Below, piece after piece: positions 47,056 to 56,951 of a stretch of 64,000 nucleotides of DNA (within the stretch, counting starts at the first letter, position 1; each line of letters opens with the position of its first letter). Made by a program: the position numbers and the translations under genes. The notes under the pieces were generated by a model. It was not told the origin of the DNA, did not search any database, and was given only the letters and a program-made list of their open reading frames with translations. The stretch lies in IMG/VR virus record IMGVR_UViG_3300022920_000004, positions 35,001 to 99,000 of that record. One strand, written 5' to 3'. The DNA is from a virus.

Positions 47056-49437
47056 ATGGGAACATTTCAGAATGTAAAAACACCGCCTCAACGTCTTAGT
47101 TTTTCTAAGAAGGGAAAAGAGTGGAGAAAAAATAATGTAGATCACGGAGATGTTAATTCTTTATATCATAATGAAGGGGTTAGACAATCTTTAAGAAATA
47201 GAGTAATAAATCTTAATTTATATAATGGTATTATAAATGTCAATGATATGAAAGAAGTAGTTAATCCTTATGGGATTGATGCCGATTTTATACCTAAAGC
47301 AATACCACATCATCCTATTGCAGTACCTAAGATAGACTTATTAGTAGGTGAAGAGATTAAACGTAGATTTGATTGGTCTGTTGTAGTAACTAATCCTAAT
47401 GCCATAACAGCTAAAGAAAATGATAGAAAGAATGTTTTAACTCAAAAGATTACGCAATTTATACAAGGTAATTACTCAGAACAAGAACTTGAAATGAAAA
47501 TGAAAGATCTTGAGAAGTATATGAAGTATGAGTGGCAAGATGTTAGAGAAAAGATGGCTAATCAAATTCTTAAACATTATTGGGAAGAACAACAGTTTGC
47601 TTATAAATTTAATAATGGATTTAAAGATGCTATGATAATGGCAGAAGAAATCTATCAAGTAGATATAGTTGCTGATGAACCTGTGCTTGAAAAGCTTAAC
47701 CCATTAAAGGTAAGGGCTGTGCGTAATGGTAACTCTAATAGAATTGAAGACTCTAGTATAATTGTTATAGAAGATCATTGGTCTCCTGCTAAAATAGTGG
47801 ATACTTTTTATGGTGAAATAAAGCCTAAAGAGATTGATGTTATTATGGAATATGGAGGTAGATCTTCTAAAGGAGGTTATAGTGATGACGATAATAACCA
47901 TGTTCTATTACGTGATTCAGTTGAAGACTTTTTAGGGATTGCTGAAATTAATGGTCATAACTTTAGTAGAGATTATACAGATCCTGATGGTAATATTAGA
48001 GTATTAAGAGTTTACTGGAGAAGTTATAAAAAAATTAAGAAAGTTAAGTTCTATGATGAGGAAGGTGAAACTCAGTTTAAATTTATGTCTGAGGAATATA
48101 TTCCTAACAAAGATTTAGGCGAAGAAGTTACTGATTTATGGGTTAATGAAATATGGGAAGGTACTAAAATAGGTAAGGATATTTATATTCAAATGAGACC
48201 TAAAGAAGTTCAATTTAACAGATTGAATAATAAATCTCAATGTCATGCTGGAATTATTGGACAAGTGTATAACACTAACCAAGGTAAAGGTATTTCATTA
48301 ATGGATAGATGTAAAAACTATCAATATTTATATGATGCTATATGGGATAGATTAAACAAAGCTATTGCTACTAACTATGGTAAGATATTTGAATTAGATA
48401 TATCTAAAATACCTGATAACTGGGAAGTTGAAAAATGGATGCACTTTGCTATTGTTAATAAGATAGCTATTGTAGATAGTTTTAAAGAAGGAAATCATGG
48501 TGCTTCTACAGGTAAATTAGCTGGATCGTTTAATACTCAAGGTGGTAGATCTATTGACATGGAATCTGGTAATTATATTCAACAACAAATCCAACTCTTA
48601 GAGTTTATTAAGATGGAGATGGGTGAAATTGTAGGTGTATCACAACAACGTCAAGGACAAATATCTAATAGAGAAACTGTAGGTGGTGTTGAAAGAGCTG
48701 TTAATCAATCAAGTCATATTACTGAACATTGGTTTATGCAACATGAGAATGTTAAGTTAAGAGTATTAACTGCATTTTTAGAAACTGCTAAAATAGCCCT
48801 TAAAGGTAAAAATCCTAAAGTACAGTATATATTAGATGATCAAACTATACAAACTTTAAATGTTGATGGTGATGTATTCTGTGAAGCTGATTATGGTGTT
48901 GTAGCAACTAACTCTAGTAAGACACAAGAAATGGAGCAAACTATAAAAGGTTATGCACAATCTTTCTTACAGAATGGTGGTAATTTATCTACTATAATGG
49001 ATATTTATTTTAGCCCTTCATTAGCTGATATGAGACGTAAGATTGAAATTGCTGAAGATGATTTACATCAAAAGAATTCAGAAGCTTCTCAACAACAAGC
49101 TAAACTTGCTGAACAACAACAAGCTCAAGAATTACAACTTGAACAAGCTAAAATGAAACTTGAAGAAACTATTAATATTAGAGATAATGAAACTAAGTTA
49201 CAAATAGCTCAAATGTCACAAGATGGTTTAGATACGGATTTAAATAATGATGGTGATGGTTTAGATGCTGAAAAACTTAATTTAGAAGAAAGAAAGTTTC
49301 AAAATGATAGAACTAATTCAAGTAATGACCTAATGGTTAAAATAAAATCTTTACATAACGATATGGAGAAACACAGTGATAATGTAAAGTTAAAGGAAAA
49401 ACAACTTAAAAAGGCAGCTAATAAGCCGTCTAAATAA
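47056..49437 (+). CDS. Portal protein
   Basis: 793 aa after TerL; PKIDLLVGEE, W.NE.WEGTKIG, QRQGQI...ETVGGVERAV.QS typical of crAss-like portals. Confidence 0.9.
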   Translation: MGTFQNVKTPPQRLSFSKKGKEWRKNNVDHGDVNSLYHNEGVRQSLRNRVINLNLYNGIINVNDMKEVVNPYGIDADFIPKAIPHHPIAVPKIDLLVGEEIKRRFDWSVVVTNPNAITAKENDRKNVLTQKITQFIQGNYSEQELEMKMKDLEKYMKYEWQDVREKMANQILKHYWEEQQFAYKFNNGFKDAMIMAEEIYQVDIVADEPVLEKLNPLKVRAVRNGNSNRIEDSSIIVIEDHWSPAKIVDTFYGEIKPKEIDVIMEYGGRSSKGGYSDDDNNHVLLRDSVEDFLGIAEINGHNFSRDYTDPDGNIRVLRVYWRSYKKIKKVKFYDEEGETQFKFMSEEYIPNKDLGEEVTDLWVNEIWEGTKIGKDIYIQMRPKEVQFNRLNNKSQCHAGIIGQVYNTNQGKGISLMDRCKNYQYLYDAIWDRLNKAIATNYGKIFELDISKIPDNWEVEKWMHFAIVNKIAIVDSFKEGNHGASTGKLAGSFNTQGGRSIDMESGNYIQQQIQLLEFIKMEMGEIVGVSQQRQGQISNRETVGGVERAVNQSSHITEHWFMQHENVKLRVLTAFLETAKIALKGKNPKVQYILDDQTIQTLNVDGDVFCEADYGVVATNSSKTQEMEQTIKGYAQSFLQNGGNLSTIMDIYFSPSLADMRRKIEIAEDDLHQKNSEASQQQAKLAEQQQAQELQLEQAKMKLEETINIRDNETKLQIAQMSQDGLDTDLNNDGDGLDAEKLNLEERKFQNDRTNSSNDLMVKIKSLHNDMEKHSDNVKLKEKQLKKAANKPSK

Positions 49438-49505
49438 AGCTATATGAGTTCTATATATAATTTGACTTTAACTAGAAAAGTTATTATATTGAGTGCTCGT
49501 TATAA
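49436..49505 (+). promoter_or_regulatory. Candidate late promoter / regulatory motif, copy B (before scaffold-MCP)
   Basis: AAAGCTATATGAGTTC...TTTG-N20-TATATTGA. Confidence 0.6.
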
Positions 49506-49519
49506 AATTTGGGAGAAAT

Positions 49520-50635
49520 ATGGACGATGACAATTTAGAAATGGATCTTTTTGGAGAGCAAGGATTAGAATTAAACCTTGATGGATTAGAAGATTTTCAA
49601 GATAACTCAGAAGCACAAAATGATGCTGATGATGATTCGCAAGAATCAAATGATGAACAAAATAACCAAAGTGAGGATCAGGATTCTGATTCAGAGAGCG
49701 TAGCTGAGGAAGATGACCAGGATGAAGGTAGTGAGGGTAATGATTCTCCCAACTTATTTTCTTCCGTAGCCACTGTTCTTCAAGAACAAGGTTTACTACC
49801 TTCTCTGGATATCGCTGAAAATAAAATAGAGAGTGTTGATGATTTAGCAAATGCTATGAAAGCAGAGGCTGAAAACTTAGCAAAATCTACAATTATTGAT
49901 AAAATTGGGGAAGAGGGTTATGAATATATTAATAAAGGAATTTCTGTAGATGAATATAATGCATATAGAACTACGGCAGATGCTTTAAATAATATTACAG
50001 AAGACTCTTTATCTAATGATATTGAATTAAGTAAAAAAGTAATTTTTCAAGATTATATCAATAATGGTATAAGTGAAAGTAAAGCATCTAAATTAATAGA
50101 ACGTCTTTCTGATTTAGGAGATGATAGTATTATTGAGGATGCTACAGAATCTTTAGCAAACGTAAAAAGTTTTAATAAAGCTACTTTAGACCAACAAGCT
50201 GAAGCTATTGCTGAACAAAATGCTTTAATAGAAAAACAACAACAAGATGTTGAACAGAAATTAAAAAAATCTGTATACGATACAAAAGAATTAATTAAAG
50301 GGCAACCCATAAACAAAGGCTTTCAAGATAAAGTCTATAATAGTATGACTAAAATAGTTGGTAAATCTCCAACAGGTGAATCTGAGAACGCATTAATGAA
50401 ACAGCGAAGAGAAGATCCAGTAGATTTTGATACTAAGTTATATTATGTTTATGAGATGACCAAAGGATTTGAAGATTTTTCTAAATTTACAGCATCAGCT
50501 AAATCTAGTGCTATACAAGATATGGAAAGAGCTTTAAGAAACAATAGTATAAATAACGCAGAAGCACCTTCTTATTTAAAAGATAGTGAAAGTTACAGCG
50601 ATGGTCTAGGGGCTGAATTACATTTTGGTAATTAA
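49520..50635 (+). CDS. Scaffold-like head assembly protein
   Basis: Very acidic N-terminus, coiled coil, between portal and MCP; start set to ATG 49520. Confidence 0.65.
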   Translation: MDDDNLEMDLFGEQGLELNLDGLEDFQDNSEAQNDADDDSQESNDEQNNQSEDQDSDSESVAEEDDQDEGSEGNDSPNLFSSVATVLQEQGLLPSLDIAENKIESVDDLANAMKAEAENLAKSTIIDKIGEEGYEYINKGISVDEYNAYRTTADALNNITEDSLSNDIELSKKVIFQDYINNGISESKASKLIERLSDLGDDSIIEDATESLANVKSFNKATLDQQAEAIAEQNALIEKQQQDVEQKLKKSVYDTKELIKGQPINKGFQDKVYNSMTKIVGKSPTGESENALMKQRREDPVDFDTKLYYVYEMTKGFEDFSKFTASAKSSAIQDMERALRNNSINNAEAPSYLKDSESYSDGLGAELHFGN

Positions 50636-50668
50636 ATAACTAGAAAATAAATAAACTAAATATAAATT

Positions 50669-52174
50669 ATGAGTGTAGGTAAATTCGTTGTCACAAAGGG
50701 TAAACACTGGTCGGGGCTAACATTAAAAAACCATATTGGGGCTATTTTTGGAAGTAGACCGCAGTTGGCATCAAAGGTAACTACTGTATTACTTCAATCC
50801 GCAGGAATGAAAAATTTAGATACTTCGTTATCTTTATTTCCTGAGAAAGTATTAGAATCAAGCGATGATTTCGTTTGGAAGTTAGTTGGAAGTGATGAAA
50901 GAAATATTCCATTAACTGAAGCACGTTATAACGGAGCTGTTGTTACTGATGGTGACACAGGAATTGGAGCAGGTAGAACAACATTTGAACTAGTATTCGC
51001 TGAAAAGTGGTTTACTAAAGTTCATGTAATTTCTGGTATTCATCCAGATATCTATCAAATTAGAATTTTAGAAGAGCCTGTTGCAGAAGCTCCTAATAGA
51101 TATGTGTACACATGTGAAGCATGGGGTGGACAAGAATCATTAGCGGGTATTCCTGGTTCTGAATTAGTAGCAAACAATAGATTCTCTATTGAATCTGCTT
51201 ATGTTGAAGACGAACTTTCTATTGAAGGTGCTGGAATTCAATTTACATCTCCTTACTTAATGAGAAATAGTGTTTCTAACTTACGTTTTGAACATAAAGT
51301 TTCTGGAGCAATGATTGATTGTAAAGTTGAACCAGTTTATTTTGCAGGTATTGAGACAAGAGATCCTAATAGCGGTAAAGTACATTCATCTAATACATGG
51401 ATGCAAGAAGTACACTGGCAGTTTGAAAAAGCATTATCTAGAATTAAATCTAGAACATTGATGTTTGGTAAAACAAATCGTGCTGAAAATGGTGGATTCT
51501 TAAACAAAGGAAAATCAAATATTGAAATTAAAGCAGGTTCTGGAATTAGAGAGCAAATTGAAGTAAGTAATACTACTTATTACAATAGATTCTCAATTAG
51601 ATTACTAGAAGATATGCTTTATGAGTTATCTGAAGGTAAACTAGATTTCTCAGAACGTAAATTTATGTTGCGTACAGGAGAAAGAGGTGCAGCACAATTT
51701 CACAGAGCTGTAACTGCTGAAGCATCAGGATGGATTAACTTAACACAAAATAACCCTGCTGTAACGCAAAAGGTTAGTTCTAAGTTTCATTCAAATGCAT
51801 TTAAAACTGGATTCCAATTCACTGAATGGACAGCACCTAATAATGTAAGTGTATCTATCGAGGTTGATCCTATGTATGATGACAAAGTAAGAAATAAGTT
51901 ATTGCATCCAGATGGAGGTGTAGCTGAATCTTACAGATATGATATTTTATATATCGGATCTAGCGATGAACCAAATATCCAAAAGATTAAAGTTCGTGGT
52001 GAAGATGAATTAAGAGGTTATAAAGCTGGTATTAGAGATCCGTTTACGGGTCGTAGAGGTGGAGTTATGAATCATATGGAAGATTCTGCTGTTATTACAG
52101 CAATGTGCATGACTGGAGCGATGGTAAAAGATCCTTCTAGAACTGCAACATTAATCCCTTCAATATTAGGATAG
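50669..52174 (+). CDS. Major capsid protein
   Basis: 501 aa, GLT..NH N-terminus, G.GIREQI, TGERG, followed by strong terminator; crAss-like synteny. Confidence 0.9.
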   Translation: MSVGKFVVTKGKHWSGLTLKNHIGAIFGSRPQLASKVTTVLLQSAGMKNLDTSLSLFPEKVLESSDDFVWKLVGSDERNIPLTEARYNGAVVTDGDTGIGAGRTTFELVFAEKWFTKVHVISGIHPDIYQIRILEEPVAEAPNRYVYTCEAWGGQESLAGIPGSELVANNRFSIESAYVEDELSIEGAGIQFTSPYLMRNSVSNLRFEHKVSGAMIDCKVEPVYFAGIETRDPNSGKVHSSNTWMQEVHWQFEKALSRIKSRTLMFGKTNRAENGGFLNKGKSNIEIKAGSGIREQIEVSNTTYYNRFSIRLLEDMLYELSEGKLDFSERKFMLRTGERGAAQFHRAVTAEASGWINLTQNNPAVTQKVSSKFHSNAFKTGFQFTEWTAPNNVSVSIEVDPMYDDKVRNKLLHPDGGVAESYRYDILYIGSSDEPNIQKIKVRGEDELRGYKAGIRDPFTGRRGGVMNHMEDSAVITAMCMTGAMVKDPSRTATLIPSILG

Positions 52175-52191
52175 TATATTAAAGGCTTAAT

Positions 52192-52220
52192 AGGGGTGTG
52201 TCTTAAACACCCCTTTTTTT
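52192..52220 (+). terminator. Intrinsic terminator after MCP
   Basis: AGGGGTGT/ACACCCCT + T7. Confidence 0.85.
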
Positions 52221-52238
52221 ACAATTAAAATTTTAACA

Positions 52239-53105
52239 ATGGGAGTAGTTAAAGAAACAAGTTTTACATTACCAGATACAAAAGTAACAGTTAAATATAT
52301 TAAAAGACGTAAGGGAATGGCAGCAGGTGAGCATATCACTAATGATCATGTTATTTCAGGAGGAATGTTAATTAATTCCACTAAGCGTTTTACAGTACCA
52401 CTACAACGTAATGGAGGATTGGCTAATATATTAACTAAAGAAGAAAAAGATTATTTAGAAGGTTCTGATGCATTGAGAGGTGCTAATTTATCTATCTATA
52501 GTGATTTTTGGAGAGACTTTTATGTTACACTTAGAAAAGAAGATAATGTATTTGATATGAGTAGACCAATGGAGTTTATTCAAGTTAGATTATTAAAAGC
52601 TTTAAAAGATCATGTGGCACCTTCATGGGCACAACGAAATGACAAGCAAAGTTATCAGTTTGTTATAGTTGCTGAAGGAGAAGAGTTTAAAGAGACTAAG
52701 AGAAAGTACGATGCTAAGAAAGAAGCCTTTAAACTATATGGTAAAGTAGAAGATGATAAAGAACAATTACTTGGAATCTTAAAGTTAATCACTAATAAAC
52801 CTTTATCAAAAGGTTCTAAATTAGATTGGATTCAAGGTCAAGTTGAAGAGTTTATTGATAATTCACCAAGAAAATTTGTTGAGTTAGTTAAAGACACTTC
52901 ATTTAATACTAAGATTTTAATTCATAGAGGGGTTGATGCTGGTGTTATACTAAAAAGATCTAATAAATACAGTACTGTAGATGGTTTATCATTATGCGAG
53001 GCAGATGAAAATCCAACTTTTGATAATGCTGTTAAGTATTTAGATAATGATAGAAATCAAGAAGTTAGATCTTTAGTGGAAGCTAAAATTAAAAACGCTG
53101 AATAA
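52239..53105 (+). CDS. Conserved crAss-like protein downstream of MCP
   Basis: Synteny; C-terminal AVKYL...NQE motif. Confidence 0.55.
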   Translation: MGVVKETSFTLPDTKVTVKYIKRRKGMAAGEHITNDHVISGGMLINSTKRFTVPLQRNGGLANILTKEEKDYLEGSDALRGANLSIYSDFWRDFYVTLRKEDNVFDMSRPMEFIQVRLLKALKDHVAPSWAQRNDKQSYQFVIVAEGEEFKETKRKYDAKKEAFKLYGKVEDDKEQLLGILKLITNKPLSKGSKLDWIQGQVEEFIDNSPRKFVELVKDTSFNTKILIHRGVDAGVILKRSNKYSTVDGLSLCEADENPTFDNAVKYLDNDRNQEVRSLVEAKIKNAE

Positions 53106-53108
53106 TAG

Positions 53109-53852
53109 ATGACTACTACAGAATTTTCAAATACGTTTGACATATTATATGATAATATAGCAAGTAAAAGTGCTCCAGGTTTGGACTTATATGAAAAATC
53201 TGTTTACTTAACAAAAGCTCAACTTGAGATAGTTAAGAATCATTATTTAAATCAGAATAAGTATCAAGCTTCATTTGAAGGTAATGAGAAGCGAAGGGTT
53301 GATTTGAAAGAATTAATTAGAAATTATGAAACAAATACGTTACTAGTTTCTAATATTGGTTTATCAAATATGTCTAAGTTTTATGAATTACCCAATGATT
53401 TATTTTTAGCAATTCAAGAGCAAGTTATTTTTAGTTCAACTACTGATACTTGTATAGATAATAAAGTTGTTAAAGTGATTCCTAAGACACATGATGAATA
53501 TAATGTGCAAATTAAAAATCCTTTTAAAAAACCAGATGAAAATGTGGTATGGAGATTGGATTATAGTAAGCAAAATAATATTGATAATGTGGAACTAATA
53601 TCCAAGTATGATATTAAAAAATATCAGTTAAGGTATATAAAATTTCCATCACCTATAATATTAACCTCATTAGTTTTAGGGGATTTTGTAGGAATGGGAT
53701 TATCTATAGATAGTCAAACTGACGAACAAACAAGTGAGTTAGATGAGAGTATTCACGATGAAATAATTAATAGAGCTGTAGAATTAGCAGTTAGAGATTA
53801 CAAAGAATCTAATTTACAAAATAAGATTCAAACAAATTTAAGAGACGAGTAA
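53109..53852 (+). CDS. Head-tail ring / connector protein
   Basis: MTTTEFS..FD, EKSVYLTKAQ, YIKFP.PII, ELDESIHDEII.RAVELA. Confidence 0.7.
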   Translation: MTTTEFSNTFDILYDNIASKSAPGLDLYEKSVYLTKAQLEIVKNHYLNQNKYQASFEGNEKRRVDLKELIRNYETNTLLVSNIGLSNMSKFYELPNDLFLAIQEQVIFSSTTDTCIDNKVVKVIPKTHDEYNVQIKNPFKKPDENVVWRLDYSKQNNIDNVELISKYDIKKYQLRYIKFPSPIILTSLVLGDFVGMGLSIDSQTDEQTSELDESIHDEIINRAVELAVRDYKESNLQNKIQTNLRDE

Positions 53853-53878
53853 ACAATTTTTAAACTAAATTAAAACAA

Positions 53879-54904
53879 ATGGCAGTATTTGGACCAAATC
53901 AAGTAGGTGAATTAATCGTTGGTAATGCAGTAGCGGCAGAGACTACAGTACCTACTTTTATCGCATCAGCATCTGATAAAGAAATTAAAGTATTATCAAA
54001 GAATGGTGGAGCACCTGCAGTAGGTGTGCCGTTCAACATATTACAAAAGACTAGTGGAGACTCCGCTAAGAATTTAAATTACGAATTCACAGACGTAGTT
54101 AAACCAGGACAAGTAAATAGTGTTACACTAGCAGCTTATAGCCCTGCTGTAGCTAAAGTAGTTACAGTAAGTGGATTTACAGTAGGACCTAGAGCTAATA
54201 CAACTTACGAAGTGTTAATTAGAATTACTGAAGATGGTGGTTCATTATCTACTGAAAACTTTAGGGTTATTCAAGGTTTTTATGTAACTGGCGATGATGT
54301 AACAGGTATTACTAATAATATCATAATGGATGGTATTATAGCTAATATTAATAAAGCACAAGAAAAAGAAGGTACTAACAATTTTACTTTAGCTAGAGTA
54401 GGTACAACTATTACAGTAACTGAGGTATTAAAAGCTAGTGATCCAGCAAAAGATATTGCTGATCCATTACAATTTGATGTACAAGCTTACATTAAAGGTA
54501 ATACACCTAACCCAGCTACAGGAAACACAACTAGTTATAGTGATTTATCAGTAGCTGTTACAACTGCACAAAGCGCAGGTGTAGGTACTGGTAAAGGAAT
54601 TGCTAATTATGAGTGGTTTACTAAAGGTTATAAATATGAAGTATATAGAGACACTGGTTATCCAGCTAATTTTAATACTCCGTACTACGCACAAGACCAA
54701 TCTAAAACATATAATGTAATTAGTATTAATCACTATTCTGAAAATGTTGTAGCAGGTGTTGAACGCCAACCTAAATCAATTACAGTAGCTGTAGAATTTA
54801 CAGTAGGTGATGCAGCAACTAATGCTGCTACAAACGCTGTATTAGCTGATTTAAGAACTGTTTTAGGAGCAGGTAATGTACCAGCAGATTTAGCAGTAGC
54901 TTAA
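53879..54904 (+). CDS. Auxiliary capsid / structural protein
   Basis: F..NQV N-terminus, G.GK.IA.YEWF..G...YR, beta-rich, own terminator. Confidence 0.65.
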   Translation: MAVFGPNQVGELIVGNAVAAETTVPTFIASASDKEIKVLSKNGGAPAVGVPFNILQKTSGDSAKNLNYEFTDVVKPGQVNSVTLAAYSPAVAKVVTVSGFTVGPRANTTYEVLIRITEDGGSLSTENFRVIQGFYVTGDDVTGITNNIIMDGIIANINKAQEKEGTNNFTLARVGTTITVTEVLKASDPAKDIADPLQFDVQAYIKGNTPNPATGNTTSYSDLSVAVTTAQSAGVGTGKGIANYEWFTKGYKYEVYRDTGYPANFNTPYYAQDQSKTYNVISINHYSENVVAGVERQPKSITVAVEFTVGDAATNAATNAVLADLRTVLGAGNVPADLAVA

Positions 54905-54930
54905 TCAAAATAATTAAAAATAATTAATCT

Positions 54931-54965
54931 AAGGGGTTGAGTCTTGAAACTCTTCCCCTTTTTTT
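54931..54965 (+). terminator. Intrinsic terminator
   Basis: AAGGGG..GAG / CTC..CCCCTT + T-run. Confidence 0.8.
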
Positions 54966-54977
54966 ATTTCAAAAAAT

Positions 54978-55595
54978 ATGATATCAATAAATATATTAAA
55001 AATAACAAATGATAGATCTACTATAAATGTATCTGTAGAAACTTCAGTGGGTAATACTATTGATTCTGCTAAATTATGGACAGATTCTACATTTAAAGAT
55101 TATACAAAAGCTATTGATATATCTAGTAAACTTGAAGGTATTAATAACAAAGAAGTATTTTCTATTAATATAGGGGATATAGGTGAAACAGGTACTTTTG
55201 ACGGTATTTATTTTATTGAATTTACAGCAACTAACGTAGTATCTATAGGGAATGCTTGTGTAGATTATGACGAACTTATTTCATTAGGGGTTGTTGCTAA
55301 TTTAGGATATTTTCAGGAATGTTTATTAGAAGATATTTTAAAAATAAACTATAATACAGATGATGTAATTAATAGTGATAAAATAACAAATATAATAAAC
55401 GTTAAAGTTTTAATGGATGCCTTGTGTATATCAATTAAATTTGGTTATTATCAAGAAGCAATTGATATATTAAATAATTTACGTAAGTTATGTAAATCTA
55501 ATACAAATTGTATTAGCTGTAATGATCTTAATACACCTACTTTTAAAACAGGTTTAAATTTTGGCATTTTAGATGATAATATAATACTAATATAA
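54978..55595 (+). CDS. Virion protein (fibre-attachment type)
   Basis: Ig-like N-terminus plus Cys-containing helical C-terminus. Confidence 0.5.
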   Translation: MISINILKITNDRSTINVSVETSVGNTIDSAKLWTDSTFKDYTKAIDISSKLEGINNKEVFSINIGDIGETGTFDGIYFIEFTATNVVSIGNACVDYDELISLGVVANLGYFQECLLEDILKINYNTDDVINSDKITNIINVKVLMDALCISIKFGYYQEAIDILNNLRKLCKSNTNCISCNDLNTPTFKTGLNFGILDDNIILI

Positions 55596-55822
55596 TGGAC
55601 GAAATTAAAAATGGAAAAATATTAGTAGCAAATTCTATTAACGCAATAAATTATGCTAAACAATATGGTGAGATGAATTTAAAAAATATTTATTTATTAA
55701 ATATTGTAAATGAATTATTAACTAATTTAGGAAGTATTACTTTTGAAGAAAAACAATGTTTAGATACTTTATATAACTATATACGATACAACAATGTGCG
55801 AGGGAGATATAAAATCATTTAA
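55595..55822 (+). CDS. Small helical virion protein (possibly N-part of a split gene)
   Basis: 75 aa, overlaps next ORF. Confidence 0.45.
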   Translation: MDEIKNGKILVANSINAINYAKQYGEMNLKNIYLLNIVNELLTNLGSITFEEKQCLDTLYNYIRYNNVRGRYKII

Positions 55823-56555
55823 TAGTATAGTAGGACAAAAAGACTCTTGTAATAATTTACCATTAGGAATAAAAAATATAATTCCTAGCGTAGATAGTAA
55901 TAGTAAGTACATAGAAGGAGATTACCAATTTGTATTAGGGGATTTTACTAAAAACTTTACAACTTCAGATGGAAGCACGTTTAATACAACTCGTATAGTA
56001 AGTCTTCCTAATGAAGGTGTTATAAAATTTAATAATATTTCAATAACAAATGATTTTGAATTTGATTTAAAAGATATAAGTAAACTTATATATATATTAA
56101 ATGGTTATATTAATTCTTTTACACAAAATTTTACATTTCAAACAAGTAATAATAATTTAAATAAATATTTTAGTAACATGGCTACATTTACATTTAATAT
56201 AAATGAGTACGTAAATTTACCTCCAACAGCAGTGGGAGATAACTCAGTAACAATTGAAAATGCTGCTACATATACTTTTTCACCAGCAGATTTTACAACT
56301 AATACAACCCCAGCTTATAGTGATCCAGAAGGTGATGCTGCTGCAAATCTTAAAGTTTTAACTTTACCTACAGATGGTACTCTTAAATTTAACAATGTCG
56401 ATGTTACTGTAAATCAAATAATACCTTTTACAGGAGCTACAAGTATAACATCTGGAGCATTACAATTTATTGCTTCTCAAGTTAATGATGATGCTGATGT
56501 AGAGACATTCACATTTCAAATATCTGATGCAGGTTCTAATACTTTTGTAGGATAA
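55794..56555 (+). CDS. Fibre protein with two cadherin/Ig-like repeats; internal ATG at 56178
   Basis: Repeated F...DFT....D......SLP..G..KFNN...FTFQ.S unit. Confidence 0.65.
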   Translation: MCEGDIKSFNSIVGQKDSCNNLPLGIKNIIPSVDSNSKYIEGDYQFVLGDFTKNFTTSDGSTFNTTRIVSLPNEGVIKFNNISITNDFEFDLKDISKLIYILNGYINSFTQNFTFQTSNNNLNKYFSNMATFTFNINEYVNLPPTAVGDNSVTIENAATYTFSPADFTTNTTPAYSDPEGDAAANLKVLTLPTDGTLKFNNVDVTVNQIIPFTGATSITSGALQFIASQVNDDADVETFTFQISDAGSNTFVG

Positions 56556-56929
56556 TGGCAACTTTTACAATAAATATAAATGAAAATGTAAATATAGATT
56601 CTCAAATAACTACAGCTACCGTAAGTACAGCGTGTGACTCAGGAATGGTTGTTAGAGTAACTGTACCTGCAGGAGAAACACGAACTGTAAGTGTAATTAA
56701 AACAGGTTCTGCAAACTATGTGGGTGTAAATAGTAGTGGAATAACTGCCGATATAATACCATTAGTAGATGTGGTAGAACAAGTTATTAGTACTACAACT
56801 AGTTATGGTTTAATATTAGATGCTGAACCTGGAGATGGATCTGGTTCATCTTCTATAACTATTAGTACAGTGGGAGGTAACTCTATACAATTAAATAGAA
56901 CTCACCATTCTACACCTACATTCTGTTAA
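56555..56929 (+). CDS. Small beta-rich fibre/tip protein
   Basis: Starts MATFTININENVN; TAATG coupling. Confidence 0.6.
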   Translation: MATFTININENVNIDSQITTATVSTACDSGMVVRVTVPAGETRTVSVIKTGSANYVGVNSSGITADIIPLVDVVEQVISTTTSYGLILDAEPGDGSGSSSITISTVGGNSIQLNRTHHSTPTFC

Positions 56930-56951
56930 TATAAATATAAATAAAATTAAT

